64,000 nucleotides of DNA from assembly GCA_016186495.1 (NCBI GenBank), contig JACPLO010000010.1:26905-90904 (forward strand), written 5' to 3'. The notes below the pieces were generated by a model. It worked only from the letters and a program-made list of their open reading frames with translations. It did no database searches and had not been told where the DNA came from. Made by a program: the position numbers and the translations under genes. Below, one piece after another: positions 1-11,034 of the stretch; positions within the stretch are counted from its first letter, which is position 1, and each line of letters opens with the position of its first letter. Origin of the DNA: Candidatus Niyogibacteria bacterium (GTDB lineage Bacteria > Patescibacteriota > Minisyncoccia > JACROR01).

Positions 1-114
1 CTCCCAAACAAAGAAAAAAGGCGGAAAATTTTTAAAAAATGCGGAATTCCGGAAAAAGCCCGCGCCGAAAATTTAACGCTTGAAAACTGGGCTTGCCTTT
101 GCGAAAAAAAATAA
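1..114 (+). CDS. rsmA: 3' end of 16S rRNA dimethyltransferase RsmA/KsgA (partial)
   Basis: Frame 1 reads ...KCGIPEKARAENLTLENWACLCEKK*, matching the RAExLxxxxW/F C-terminal motif of KsgA. Confidence 0.7.
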   Translation, partial: LPNKEKRRKIFKKCGIPEKARAENLTLENWACLCEKK

Positions 115-140
115 CCCCCACGCTTATAAAGCGTGGGGGG
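115..140. terminator. GC-rich hairpin between convergent genes
   Basis: CCCCCACGCTT-AT-AAAGCGTGGGGG inverted repeat directly after the rsmA stop. Confidence 0.55.
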
Positions 141-153
141 ACGGATTCTATAT

Positions 154-808
154 TTATAAATATAGAATCCAGCCAACCCACTGATTACCGATTTGGTAAT
201 CAGTGGGATTACCATCAATGTACAGAGAATTCGTATAAGGCCGCCCCTCTGTACTTTTAAAAATAAACTGCCCAGTATAGGCAAAAACATTAAACCTATA
301 CTGGCCCAATGGCAGTTTTATGAAAAGGACATTTATCCTTTCATAATAATTACCGTTTTCCCGGCGGCCAGAAGTATCAAACATAATTTCCTTGATACTT
401 CCATTTTCATCGCGTAATCGCAAAGTAATGCTTTGCGAAAACGGCGATTCAAAATGAATGGCTTCTAAGCCGTCCACTTTAAGCCAATGAGAAGAAAGTT
501 TCTCCCAGAACCATTTCTGATTCTGGTTGTCATATCTAAGTACCCGGCCCGGAGTAAGAACTTCAGCCGCGCCTCTATATGGAATCCAAAGGTTTTGCTC
601 CCCTTGGACAAAAATTTCTACATCTTTGCTGACGCCGCGGTCTTGATTAATCAGGGCGCCAAGCTGGGCATCCTTATTTCTTTCAGCAAACCCCCCGGGC
701 GAGGTTTTTATTGCTCCTTGATTTCTAAGATCGTTCGCCAGATTAGCGAGCACAGCTGGCCCGCCTTTTGCTGTGAAAAATATAACCTAAAAGCATTATT
801 CTTTTCAT
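154..808 (-). CDS. Hypothetical (probably secreted) protein; 5' end appears frameshifted
   Basis: 199-aa ORF 154..753. A strong SD (AAGGAGGT) and ATG (MKRIMLL...) at 808 lie 55 nt upstream, out of frame. Confidence 0.5.
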
Positions 809-954
809 TTTAAACACCTCCTTACTCTTAAAATAGACTTAATATTAGATTCATATTTTTCCTCCTTTTATCCTAAGGGTAACCCTTGGGAATTATTTTC
901 AAAAAACTAATCGTATTTATTATAATTATATCAGAAAATATAAATTTGTCAACT

Positions 955-963
955 TGTGGATAA
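955..963 (-). promoter_or_regulatory. Perfect DnaA box upstream of the T4SS-like operon
   Basis: TGTGGATAA = reverse complement of TTATCCACA, intergenic. Confidence 0.45.
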
Positions 964-1054
964 AAAATCGGGAAAAACAAGAAAAAAAGTGCTAAAATAA
1001 AAATAGCAGAAACTGACCGCAAATTTGAATTTTGCCGGTATTTTGAATTATTCA

Positions 1055-2011
1055 ATGTTTTGGCCAAGCAAAAAAATAATTTATTTAATCGCCGGAATAG
1101 GAACAGCCGGATTACTGCTGTTTTTTCTGCCAATCGTTAAATCTGGACTAAACAAGAATCAAGAATCAAAATTTAAAATTTTTAGTTCAAGCAACCAGGA
1201 ATTAATCCAGAAATTGGAGCAGGAAGCGCAAAAAGACAGCGACAACGACGGCCTAAAAGATTGGGAGGAAGCGCTCTGGAAAACCGATCCGCTGAATCCG
1301 GATACGGATAAAGACAATACCTTAGACGGCGAAGAAATCAGGCAAAATCGCGACCCGCTCAAAGCCGGACCGAACGACCAATTGCCGGATTTAAAAATTG
1401 GAGCGGAAAATAAAATTATTGGCTTGAATTCCCAAGATTTTGCCGCGACAAATTTAACCGGCCAGATCGCCAAGACTCTCGGTTTTAAAGCTTTAAGCGG
1501 CGCGGAAAATAAAAATTTCAGTGTGCCGGCTGATTCGGAATTGCTGGATTCCGCCGCGGAAAAAACTTTGGCGGATTTCACCGCTTTGTTTCATCCGCAA
1601 ATTTCCGAAAACGAATTGATTGTCATAAACGACAACAGTGAAAAAAATTTTGCTGAATACCTTCAATCGTTCAGTAAAGTTATCGCTGAAAATCCTTTGC
1701 CAAAAATATCGCAGGAAGAAGCTTTTCTCCAAGCGGTTCAAGATAAAGATTTTTCCAACAGCAACGAATACCTGAATTATTACCAAAAAATAACGTGGGA
1801 GCTGAAAGAAATTCCCGCGCCAAAAACCTTTGTTTCCAGCCATAAACGGATCATTGAACTTCTGCTCGGAAAAATAGTCGTGCTGGAAAATTTAAAAGAA
1901 ATTGAACGCGATCCTTTGAAAACGATAATCGCCCTTCAAGAACATGAAAAAATCAACGAAGAAATCCGGCAACTGATGAATAAATTTGCTGATTTTTTTA
2001 AGAAGATATAA
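1055..2011 (+). CDS. Membrane-anchored protein with thrombospondin type-3-like Ca-binding repeats
   Basis: N-terminal TM helix; DSDNDGLKDWEE...TDPLNPDTDKDNTLDGEE motif; ATG at 1055 preferred over TTG at 1025. Confidence 0.7.
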   Translation: MFWPSKKIIYLIAGIGTAGLLLFFLPIVKSGLNKNQESKFKIFSSSNQELIQKLEQEAQKDSDNDGLKDWEEALWKTDPLNPDTDKDNTLDGEEIRQNRDPLKAGPNDQLPDLKIGAENKIIGLNSQDFAATNLTGQIAKTLGFKALSGAENKNFSVPADSELLDSAAEKTLADFTALFHPQISENELIVINDNSEKNFAEYLQSFSKVIAENPLPKISQEEAFLQAVQDKDFSNSNEYLNYYQKITWELKEIPAPKTFVSSHKRIIELLLGKIVVLENLKEIERDPLKTIIALQEHEKINEEIRQLMNKFADFFKKI

Positions 2012-2014
2012 ATT

Positions 2015-2490
2015 AAAATCCTAAATTCCAAATCCTAAATCCTAAATAAATTCCGATGATCAAAATTCAAAATTCAAAACAATATGATTTAGAAGAACGA
2101 ACGTTTGAGTTTGCAAAAATGGTTAGAAGTTTCATTAAGAACTTACCCAAAACCACAGGAAATTTTGAAGACGGAAAACAGGTAATTAGATCTTCCGGCT
2201 CAATCGGCGCGAATTACATTGAGGCAAATGAATCATTAAGCAAAAAAGATTTTATAATGAGAATTAAAATCTGCCGAAAAGAAGCCAAGGAAACGGAATA
2301 CTGGCTAAAGCTAATTGATGTAAATAATAGCGCTGAATTAGAAATTGAAGAACAAAAACTTATTAGAGAAGCTGTTGAATTGAGAAAAATTTTCGGCGCC
2401 ATTTTAGAAAAATCAAAATAATGTTTCGATCATTAGAATTTTGAATTTAGATATTGTTTAGAATTTAGATATTAGAGTTTAGGATTTTGT
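2015..2490. repeat. Degenerate 7-nt tandem repeats forming an inverted pair around the four-helix-bundle gene
   Basis: AAATCCT/AAATTCC/AAATCCT units upstream; TTAGAAT/TTTGAAT/TTAGATA/TTAGGAT units downstream. Confidence 0.7.
2056..2421 (+). CDS. Four helix bundle protein (23S rRNA IVS protein / TIGR02436-like family)
   Basis: YDLEERT..F, QVIRSSGSIGANYIEA, F..RIKICRKEAKET.YWL motifs. Confidence 0.9.
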   Translation: MIKIQNSKQYDLEERTFEFAKMVRSFIKNLPKTTGNFEDGKQVIRSSGSIGANYIEANESLSKKDFIMRIKICRKEAKETEYWLKLIDVNNSAELEIEEQKLIREAVELRKIFGAILEKSK

Positions 2491-2494
2491 TTAA

Positions 2495-5400
2495 ATGAAT
2501 CAATTTTCAAACAAAAATTCAAAAACGCGAAAAATCTTAGCCGGAATTTTGCTTTTGATAATTTTATTTTCCGCAAGCTCTTTTTATCCGCGCCAAGCTA
2601 AAGCTGAAACGCCGGTCGCCGATTGGTTTATGAGAATCACTTCTGCATCCGGTTGGGCGTCAGCTATCGCTAATTATGCCAAAGAAGCGGCTGAAAAAGC
2701 GGCTAATATCGCGACCGCGACCTTCCGAAAAATGATTTTGGATATGATTGTGGATGAAATAATCGCCTGGATTTCCGGCGAAGGAACTTCGACTTTTGAC
2801 ACCGGCGATTGGGGGCAATTTTTTGATAAAGCGGCCCAGCAAGCCGGCGGCATATCCTTGGAAGAAATAACCGGGCCGGCTATAATGCAGCAGCTTTGCG
2901 ACGCTGATTGGGCCGGCCAAGTTCGGCTCGCTCTCCAAACTCCTAAAAAATTTGCCCAAAAAGCCCGCTGCACTCTTAGAGACATCGGCGTGAATTTTGA
3001 CGCTTTTATGGATAATTTTGAAAACGGCGGCTGGGCCGCCTGGATTAAAATTTCCGAAAGCCAAAACAATCCTTATGGCTATTTTCTTTCCGCGGTTAAT
3101 GAAAAACTAGCAAAAGAAACGCAGAAAAAACTGGGACTGGAAAAAGAGCTTACCGCTTCCGGCGGATTTTTAAGCGATAAAGTTTGCCGTAAAATATCCT
3201 GCCAAACGCGTTTGAAAATTGCGGGAACACAAGAAGCCGAATATAAAGAAGAAACGGGAAAATGGAAAGAAGATGAAATACCTATAAAAGACGGGACACC
3301 GTGCACTTGCGAAAAATGGGAAACCCTCACCCCAGGCAAGACAATGGCGGATTCTTTAAGCAAAACTGTTTTTAAAGATGTTGACTGGCTGAATGAAAAT
3401 TCAGAATGGTATAATTACGTGGTGGCGATCGGCGACGCGATTGTCAACCGGCTGACTAAAGAAGGGGTAAAAGCCATAAAATCCGCGGTCCCGCGAGGTT
3501 TGCCCACCTCTGTTTCTCAAGGCGTTACCGGCAAGGTTGATTACACGCCTCCTTTAACCTCGGCTAAAATTATTGATGTTTGGCAGGTAAAATTAACCGC
3601 CAATGAACCGGGAGACACTTATTACACTCTTGACGGAACAAAACCGCGCGTTCGCGCTTCTCCTAAATACAACGGTAAAGCGCTGACTATTATCAGCTCC
3701 ACCGCTCCGGGCGCAGCCACGGCCCAGTTAAAATGGCTTAGCGTGGATGACGCTTTCAATACCGAAGATCCGCGCAGCCTGCCGGTTTTTCTGCGCAGCC
3801 CTTTTAATTATTCAACTTTAACCGCTTATCTGGCCAGCCAAGACATCAGCATTCCCGAAAGCATCAAAGAAGCGCTGATAAAATTCTTCCGCGACGAAGA
3901 AAACGGAAAAGAAGCCGCAAAAATCGCCAAGGAAACTTTTATTCCCGCGAATATCCGCGAAGATTTAAAAAACTATCTGAAAATAGAAGATTTAAGAATC
4001 CAGTTAGGCAAAGAGTCTTTAATTAATCCGATCCAACGCAGCCAATTAGACGCTATTTTGGCGACTTACGAAGATTTTAATTCCGCTAATGACGGAAAGC
4101 TTACTGATCTCATTAATGTTTTAATAAAAATAAAAGAAGCGGGAATTAAAGCGTTTATTGACATTCAAACTCATGCCGAAGAAATCAAAGACCGGCGAAA
4201 TAATTTACAATCAATTCTCTCTTATCTCAACGGAGTAATCGCCAGCCTTGAAATATGTTCAAAAGCCCAGGCCGCGGCCGTTATTCGGGAAGGAGAAACA
4301 GCCGAAGAATTCGCCGTCAGAATAGCCGTTGAATCCAGCGCTTGCCAAAAAAACGCCAAAGCCGGCGCTTTTCCCGTTAATCTCAACGGCTTATCCTCGG
4401 GCTTAGCAACGGATCCGCTCTTTTCCGAGCTTAAAGATAAAACAGATAAAATAATTTTGGAACGTTCTTTATTCACGATTGATCCGGCCGGCAATTGGAG
4501 CAAACCTTCCGCCGCGCTCGCGCCAACGGATTCCGGACACGCGGCGATTCTTTCATTTAATCCTTTAACCGACAAACCCACGGCGATTTTCTTTAAACAA
4601 TCATCTTGGGAGACGGCAAATGATCGCAGCGCCGCAGTATCACTTCGTTTTAATAATCAAATTAACGGCTTTTATTATAAACAAGCTTTGGCTGTTCCGT
4701 CCGCAGTGAGTTCCGGCGGCACTGAAATCTGGTATGGAGCGATTGACGCGGCCGGCAATTGGACGGAAGAAAAAACGACTCAAGAATTTAACGCGGATTT
4801 TACCGATCTCCCTCCGCTCACTGATTTTGTCAAGCCAATCGCGGAAATTAAAAATCCGGTTAAAGGAAGTGACGGATATTTTATCTTAGACCCTTCGCTT
4901 TCCGTTGATTTTGACAGCACGCCGCGGATTAGCGGCTATGAATGGGATTTTATTAATAACCGCGGCGCTACGACAACAACCCAATCGCTCCAATATGAAT
5001 GGGAAGCTTTTGATTTAAACCGCGACGGCATTTTTACCGAAAACAACCAATGCCTTTATAATTTTTATTTAAATAATAATGAGGGAACGGTCGTCACCGG
5101 TATGGCTGGTTCAGACACATATTACGTGAACAACGACAACACCCGAGCAGTATCCGGCAGCTTAAGTCAAAAATATTATGACGCGGCTCATAGCTCGCCT
5201 TACAATAAAGCTCCCAATACAAGGCCGTTATATCTCAATCTGCAGCCAACCTGCCTAAAAAACAAATAAGCGAGAGTGAATTCAACGGCCATCCGATTGA
5301 AGAGCGGCAAGGAGCAAAATTTGATATCACTGATTCAACTTATAAAAAACTTTCCAAAATTACGTCTTCAATCGGCACCGGCGCTTCTTATGAAGATATG

Positions 5401-5532
5401 AAAATTGTTGACCCTAATAACGGCATTATCAAAGTGAAATTCACGGCCAAAAGCGGCCCGTTGACCATTGGCTTGAGAGTAACCGACGATGAAGGCCTAA
5501 CCGCAACCGCATCCGTTGAAATCAATCCTTAA
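2495..5532 (+). CDS. Large exported protein of the T4SS-like operon (chitobiase/Fn3-associated-like and PKD-like domains); frameshift near 5257-5262
   Basis: Signal peptide; YYTLDGT.P motif; PKD start (DPSLSVDFD...ISGYEWDF) lies in ORF 2495..5269 and PKD end (LRVTDDEGLTATASVEINP*) lies in another frame ending at 5532. Confidence 0.65.
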
Positions 5533-5538
5533 TAAAAA

Positions 5539-7380
5539 ATGAAAAAAAATTTGCCGGACAAAAAATATATTTTAATCGCGTTAGCCAGCCTGATAATCAT
5601 TCTCGGGCCGTTCGCGGCGGAAACAACGTTCGCTTGGCTTCCTTCTGTTTTTCCTTCCATTGAAGATATATTTGCTTCTTTAGGTAATGTGATACTCTGG
5701 ATTGTTTCCTGGGTTTTATGGCTGGCCGCGCAACTTTTTGAAATGACCCTTAAATTAACTCTAAACAACGGCGCTTTTGCCAAGATCAGCGCCATTAATC
5801 TTGGCTGGAAGATTATTCGGGATGTGGTTAATCTATTTTTTATTTTTATTCTTCTTTATATCGCCATCGGCGCCATTTTGCGCCTGGCCGGCCATGATAC
5901 CAAAAAACTCCTGGTTAATTTAATCATCGCGGCTCTTTTAATAAACTTCAGTCTGCCTATTACTAAAGCCATTATTGACGCTTCCAACATTCTGGCTTTG
6001 GAATTTTACGATAACATCGGAAAAGACAAAGACGGAAATGATATCGGCGTAACTAGAACAATGATGAATGGCCTGCGCCTGACTTCTGTTTATAATAACA
6101 AAGTGTTAGAAATACCTCCCGGAACAGCGGATAAAGAAGGAGCTGCTTTCCAAAATATTATTATAGGCGCAATCGGCGGATCAGCCCTTATCTTAGTCAC
6201 GGCTTTTGTTTTTCTCGCCGCCACTTCTCTTTTTATTTTCCGGACAATCATACTTTTATTTTTAATGATTCTTTCACCTTTGGCTTTTGGCGCGATGATC
6301 CTGCCTAACACCAAACAATACGCTGACCGTTGGTGGAAAGAACTGGGCTGCCAATGTCTGCTGGCGCCGGCTTTTATGTTTATGATTTATTTGGTGGTGA
6401 TGATTATTAATAACGAGGATTTTTCTGCCGTGATCAGCGGAATTGGCGGAAACCAATCAGCAAGCATCGCTGAAGCCTTTACCAGCGGCATAGAAAAATC
6501 AGTTGGGGTTGTCCTTAATTTCTTGCTTTTAATCGGCTTAATGATCGGTTCCCTGATTATTTCTAAAAATTTGGCTTGCGCCGGCGGCAGCCAGGCAATG
6601 GCCGCGGCTAACTGGACAAAAGGAAAGGTCCAAGGATACGCGAAAAGCTATGGTAAAAGAGGCATTGGCACCGCAGCGGAATACGCGATGGAAAAAGGGA
6701 AGAAAATAGAAGAAAAAGGAGGTCGTTGGGGAAAAATAATGGGGGTTATCAGAAAAACTCCGGGCGTGGGCCGCGGCTTAGCCGCGCTATCCGCGGGCCG
6801 AGAAGAAGAGCTTGCCGCCAAACGCAAACAATATGAAAAACAATATAAAGGCTACAGCGATACCGGCTTGCAAACCATGCTGGAAACGGAAATCATTACT
6901 CCAGAAAAAAGAGAAGTTATTAAAAAAATCCAAACAGGAAGACAGGTGAAGAAAGAAATTGAAGCCAAAGAAAAAGCAAAATACAAAGAAATAGTCGGCG
7001 GCGAGGAAACCGAAATTGAATATGAAAAAGAAGGAAAAACGGTGAAAGAAAAAATAACAACCATCGGCAAACTTGGAGAAATAAATGAACAACTAAGCAA
7101 AATAACGGGAGGAATAAATAAAGATATCGGCAGTTATCTGGACGGAATTGAAGCGGAATTAGGAAAATTAAGCGGCAATACTTCAGGCAGAGCCCAACAA
7201 AGACAAGGAGAACTTGTTTTCAACCGAAATAAAATAAACAGATTAATGAAAGAAAAAGAAAAACTGGAAGCAATAAAAGAAAAACTGGAAGAAAAACAGC
7301 AAAGCGAAACGGAAAAAAAGAAACTTGAAGAAAGATTGGGAAAACTTGAACAAAAACCCGAACCAAAAGAAATAATTTAA
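5539..7380 (+). CDS. VirB6/TrbL-like polytopic membrane protein with C-terminal coiled coil
   Basis: GW..IRD.VN..FI, LINFS, R.I.L..L.ILSPLAF....LP pattern; lies upstream of PrgI/VirB4. Confidence 0.7.
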   Translation: MKKNLPDKKYILIALASLIIILGPFAAETTFAWLPSVFPSIEDIFASLGNVILWIVSWVLWLAAQLFEMTLKLTLNNGAFAKISAINLGWKIIRDVVNLFFIFILLYIAIGAILRLAGHDTKKLLVNLIIAALLINFSLPITKAIIDASNILALEFYDNIGKDKDGNDIGVTRTMMNGLRLTSVYNNKVLEIPPGTADKEGAAFQNIIIGAIGGSALILVTAFVFLAATSLFIFRTIILLFLMILSPLAFGAMILPNTKQYADRWWKELGCQCLLAPAFMFMIYLVVMIINNEDFSAVISGIGGNQSASIAEAFTSGIEKSVGVVLNFLLLIGLMIGSLIISKNLACAGGSQAMAAANWTKGKVQGYAKSYGKRGIGTAAEYAMEKGKKIEEKGGRWGKIMGVIRKTPGVGRGLAALSAGREEELAAKRKQYEKQYKGYSDTGLQTMLETEIITPEKREVIKKIQTGRQVKKEIEAKEKAKYKEIVGGEETEIEYEKEGKTVKEKITTIGKLGEINEQLSKITGGINKDIGSYLDGIEAELGKLSGNTSGRAQQRQGELVFNRNKINRLMKEKEKLEAIKEKLEEKQQSETEKKKLEERLGKLEQKPEPKEII

Positions 7381-7417
7381 CCCTGTTAAATGTTTTGCTT
7401 TGCAAAATTTAACAGGG
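7381..7417. repeat. Short palindromic element (CCCTGTTAAAT arms)
   Basis: CCCTGTTAAAT...ATTTAACAGGG flanked by TTAA on both sides. Confidence 0.7.
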
Positions 7418-7435
7418 TTAATCCATTAAATTAAA

Positions 7436-8077
7436 ATGAAATCATACACCGAACAAGAATTGGAAAAAAAATACAAACAACTTCCGGCAACAGTAGAGGA
7501 AGTGATTTTCAGCGCTAATGCGGCAAAAACTCTGGAAGAAATCAGGAAAAAATACAAACTTCAGATAGACCAACTGGGGATTTTAGCCAATGAAACCCGA
7601 CTGGTGATGCTCGGCCTGACCCATCCTAAAGATTTTATCAATAATCTGGCGGAAGGGCTGGAATTAAACAAAGAAATCGCAAAAAACATCGCCCAAGAAA
7701 TAAATCAGCGGATTTTTTACAAAATCAGGGAAGAATTAAAAAAAATGCACAGCATCGGCGAACCGGCTGATTTTTCGCCAAAGGCAGGTTCGCCTCTTCC
7801 GCCTAAAGCTGGCCAGCCTTCGGCTGGGGCTAAAAAATTCAGAATTCAGGATTTAAAAAAAACAGCGGAATTGCCGCCGATTATTGAACCAACGCCGTTA
7901 GAGCCGCCGCCAACAGAACCGCCGCCGTTAATCGCGGAAAAACCAAAAATCCCTGCCGTGCCGTTTGAACACAAACTGAAAAGCGAAGAAACAATCCGGC
8001 AGCCGCTTGAAAAAATCAAAACTTCACCGGATAAAAAATATCCCGGAGAAGACCCGTACCGCGAACCGATTATTTGA
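7436..8077 (+). CDS. Conserved CPR hypothetical protein, Pro-rich with C-terminal DPYREP
   Basis: ORF track; operon context; ends YPGEDPYREPII. Confidence 0.7.
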   Translation: MKSYTEQELEKKYKQLPATVEEVIFSANAAKTLEEIRKKYKLQIDQLGILANETRLVMLGLTHPKDFINNLAEGLELNKEIAKNIAQEINQRIFYKIREELKKMHSIGEPADFSPKAGSPLPPKAGQPSAGAKKFRIQDLKKTAELPPIIEPTPLEPPPTEPPPLIAEKPKIPAVPFEHKLKSEETIRQPLEKIKTSPDKKYPGEDPYREPII

Positions 8078-8126
8078 TAATATTTTTTATAAATTAAGAA
8101 ATACGGACAAATTGCTTTAAATTTTT

Positions 8127-8534
8127 ATGCAATATCAAGTTCCCCAATTTACCGAGGTTGAAGATAAAATTTTCGGGCCCCTGACTTTCAAACAGTTCGT
8201 TTATATTCTGGGCGCCGCGGCTTCCGCTTTTCTTTTTTGGCGCCTTTTGCCTAAATGGCTGGCTGTTCTTTTAATCGTTCCGATCAGCGGATTTTTTCTG
8301 GCGCTGGCTTTTTTAAAAATCAACGGCCAGCCTCTGCTTAAAGTTTTAACCAGCGCTCTTAATTTTTCCATCGGCAGCCGGCTTTATATCTGGAAAAAAA
8401 CCGAAGAAAAACCATTAGAAAAAAAAGAGGAGACGCTCGCCGAAAAAGAAGCGCTGGCTCTGCCCAAACTTACGGAAAGCAAATTAAAAGAGCTGGCGTG
8501 GAGTTTGGACATCCACCAAAAATTAAAACGTTAA
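8127..8534 (+). CDS. PrgI family protein
   Basis: MQYQVPQF.EVEDKIFGPLT.KQF followed by two TM helices. Confidence 0.85.
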   Translation: MQYQVPQFTEVEDKIFGPLTFKQFVYILGAAASAFLFWRLLPKWLAVLLIVPISGFFLALAFLKINGQPLLKVLTSALNFSIGSRLYIWKKTEEKPLEKKEETLAEKEALALPKLTESKLKELAWSLDIHQKLKR

Positions 8535-8538
8535 TTCA

Positions 8539-9174
8539 ATGAAATCTAACCCCAGCCAACAATTAATTCCCATTTCGGAAATTCGCGACGACGTCGTTAT
8601 TCTGAAAGACGGCTCTTTCAGAATGATTTTAATGGCTTCTTCCATTAATTTTTCCCTTAAATCTCTGGAAGAACAAAAAGCGATTATTTCCCAATACCAG
8701 TACTTCCTGAATACTTTGGATTTTTCCGTCCAATTTCTCATCCATTCCGCTTCTTTGGATATTAATCCTTATCTGACGATGCTGAAAGAAAAAGAAAAAA
8801 CGCAGACCAATGAACTTTTAAAAATCCAAACGCGGGAATATTCGGAATTCATTAAAAACTTCATTGAAACGAATAAAATAATGTCCAAGACTTTTTATGT
8901 CGCCGTTTCTTATACCGCCGCGGTTGTTCCCGCTGCCGGCGGCCTCTTGGAAAGTTTTAAAAAATTAACCGGCCAGAAAGAAAAAAGCTCGGAGTCGGAG
9001 GAAAAATTTTTGGAACATAAAAACCAGCTCTGGCAAAGAATAGACGCGGTCACCGAGGGCCTGGCGCGCTGCGGCGTGCGCACTGTTCCGCTGAAAACCG
9101 AGGAATTGATTGAATTATTTTATCAGCTTTACAATCCCGGCGAAACCGCAGAAGGAATAGCGCTTAAAACATAA
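8539..9174 (+). CDS. VirB4/TraC N-terminal-like conjugation-associated protein
   Basis: SINF.LKS.EEQ.AII..Y..FLN.LDF..Q and ELFY..YNP motifs; lies between PrgI and VirB4. Confidence 0.7.
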   Translation: MKSNPSQQLIPISEIRDDVVILKDGSFRMILMASSINFSLKSLEEQKAIISQYQYFLNTLDFSVQFLIHSASLDINPYLTMLKEKEKTQTNELLKIQTREYSEFIKNFIETNKIMSKTFYVAVSYTAAVVPAAGGLLESFKKLTGQKEKSSESEEKFLEHKNQLWQRIDAVTEGLARCGVRTVPLKTEELIELFYQLYNPGETAEGIALKT

Positions 9175-9175
9175 C

Positions 9176-11005
9176 ATGGCTTTACTTGATTTTTTCAAAT
9201 CAAAAAAGAAAGAAGAAAAAGAGGAGGAAATCTTGCCGGTTTTCCCCGCGGAAATTTATGAAGCCGGCGCTTTGGAATTAAAAGACGTCATCGCGCCTTC
9301 CGCTTTTGAAATAAGCTCAAATTTCATAAAAATCGGCAATAAAATCGCTAAAACTATTTTTGTGTATTCTTATCCCCGTTATCTTTCCACGGAATGGTTT
9401 TCCCCGATCATTAACTTGGATCAAATTTTTAATGTTTCTATTTTTATCCATCCCATCAACACCGAAACAGTCCTGAAACAAATGCAGAAAAAAGTGGCGG
9501 AAGTCCAGTCGCAGATCAGCATCCGCGAAGAAAAAGGGCTGGTTCGCGATCCGATTTTAGATACCGCCTTAAACGATCTGGAAAATCTGCGCGACAAACT
9601 CCAGCAAGCCCAGGAAAAACTTTTCAGCGCGGGAATTTACCTTACTATTTACGGCGACACGCTTCAGGAAGCGAACCAAAATGAGGCGGAAATCCGCCAT
9701 ATTTTAAACGCCAAACTGATTCAAACCAAACCTGCTCTTTTTCAGCAACAAGAGGGATTTGACAGTGTTTTGCCGTACGTCACCGACAAACTCCAGATCA
9801 ACAACCGCCTTAATTCCGAGCCTTTGTCTTCTATTTTTCCTTTTGTCTCTTTTGACCTCACCTCGGATAAAGGCATCCTTTACGGCATAAATCGCCACAA
9901 TAACTCGCTGATCCTTTTTGATCGCTTCAGTTTGGAAAATTACAATTCGGTTATCTTTGCCAAAGCCGGCGCCGGAAAATCATACACCACCAAATTAGAA
10001 GTCCTCCGTTCTTTAATGTTCGGCATAGACGTGATGATTATTGACCCGGAAAGAGAGTATGAATATTTGGCGGAAACCGTGGACGGCCGCTATATCAACA
10101 TTTCTTTAACTTCAAAAAATCATATTAATCCTTTTGATTTGCCGATTCCGCGGGAAGATGAATCGCCTTCCGATGTTTTGCGCTCTCATATCATTAATCT
10201 GGTCGGCCTTTTCCGCTTAATGCTGGGAGGATTGACGCCGAAAGAAGACTCTATTTTAGATCAAGCCATCACCGAAACCTACGCCGCCCATGACATTACT
10301 TTTGGAGCGGATTTTACCAAAGTTACGCCGCCTATTCTTTCCGATCTGGAAATGATTCTCGCTTCCACCGAAGGCGGGGAAGGATTGGCCCAGCGCCTGA
10401 AAAAATACACCAGCGGCAGTTGGGCGGGATTTTTAAACCAGCCCACTAACGTTGATATTAATAAACACTTGATTGTTTTTTCCGTCCGGGATATGGAGGA
10501 AGAATTAAAACCCGTGGCTATGTATCTGATCACCCATTATATCTGGAACGCGGTGCGGCTAACTTTAAAAAAACGGCTTTTAATCATTGATGAGGCTTGG
10601 TGGATGATGAAAACAGAGGATGGGGCTTCCTTCCTTTTCGGTTTGGCCAAACGGGCGAGAAAATATTATCTGGGAGTCTGCACCATCACTCAAGATGTCG
10701 GAGATTTTTTAAATTCTCCGTACGGCAAAGCGATTATCACTAATTCCTCAATGCAGCTTCTTTTGCGCCAATCTCCCGCGGCAATGGATCAACTGCAGGA
10801 AACATTCAACCTGACGGATGAAGAAAAATATCTTCTGTTGGAAGCGGACGTGGGCGAAGGCGTCTTTTTTGCCGGTTTAAAACACGTGGCGATAAAAGTG
10901 CTGGCTTCTTACACCGAAGATCAAATCATCACTTCTGATCCGGCCCAAATGCTGGCGATTAAAAAAGCGAAAGAAGAATATCAGCAATCCCAAGAAACGG
11001 GTTAA
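9176..11005 (+). CDS. VirB4/TraC-like ATPase
   Basis: Walker A AKAGAGKS, IIDPEREY, INPFD, IIDEAW, RARKY, ITQ motifs. Confidence 0.9.
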   Translation: MALLDFFKSKKKEEKEEEILPVFPAEIYEAGALELKDVIAPSAFEISSNFIKIGNKIAKTIFVYSYPRYLSTEWFSPIINLDQIFNVSIFIHPINTETVLKQMQKKVAEVQSQISIREEKGLVRDPILDTALNDLENLRDKLQQAQEKLFSAGIYLTIYGDTLQEANQNEAEIRHILNAKLIQTKPALFQQQEGFDSVLPYVTDKLQINNRLNSEPLSSIFPFVSFDLTSDKGILYGINRHNNSLILFDRFSLENYNSVIFAKAGAGKSYTTKLEVLRSLMFGIDVMIIDPEREYEYLAETVDGRYINISLTSKNHINPFDLPIPREDESPSDVLRSHIINLVGLFRLMLGGLTPKEDSILDQAITETYAAHDITFGADFTKVTPPILSDLEMILASTEGGEGLAQRLKKYTSGSWAGFLNQPTNVDINKHLIVFSVRDMEEELKPVAMYLITHYIWNAVRLTLKKRLLIIDEAWWMMKTEDGASFLFGLAKRARKYYLGVCTITQDVGDFLNSPYGKAIITNSSMQLLLRQSPAAMDQLQETFNLTDEEKYLLLEADVGEGVFFAGLKHVAIKVLASYTEDQIITSDPAQMLAIKKAKEEYQQSQETG

Positions 11006-11034
11006 TTCGTTTTTGATGATTAATTTTTACGACT

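Noticed and set aside
873-1133. 86-aa minus-strand ORF
   Set aside because: Overlaps the promoter region and start of the opposite gene; low complexity
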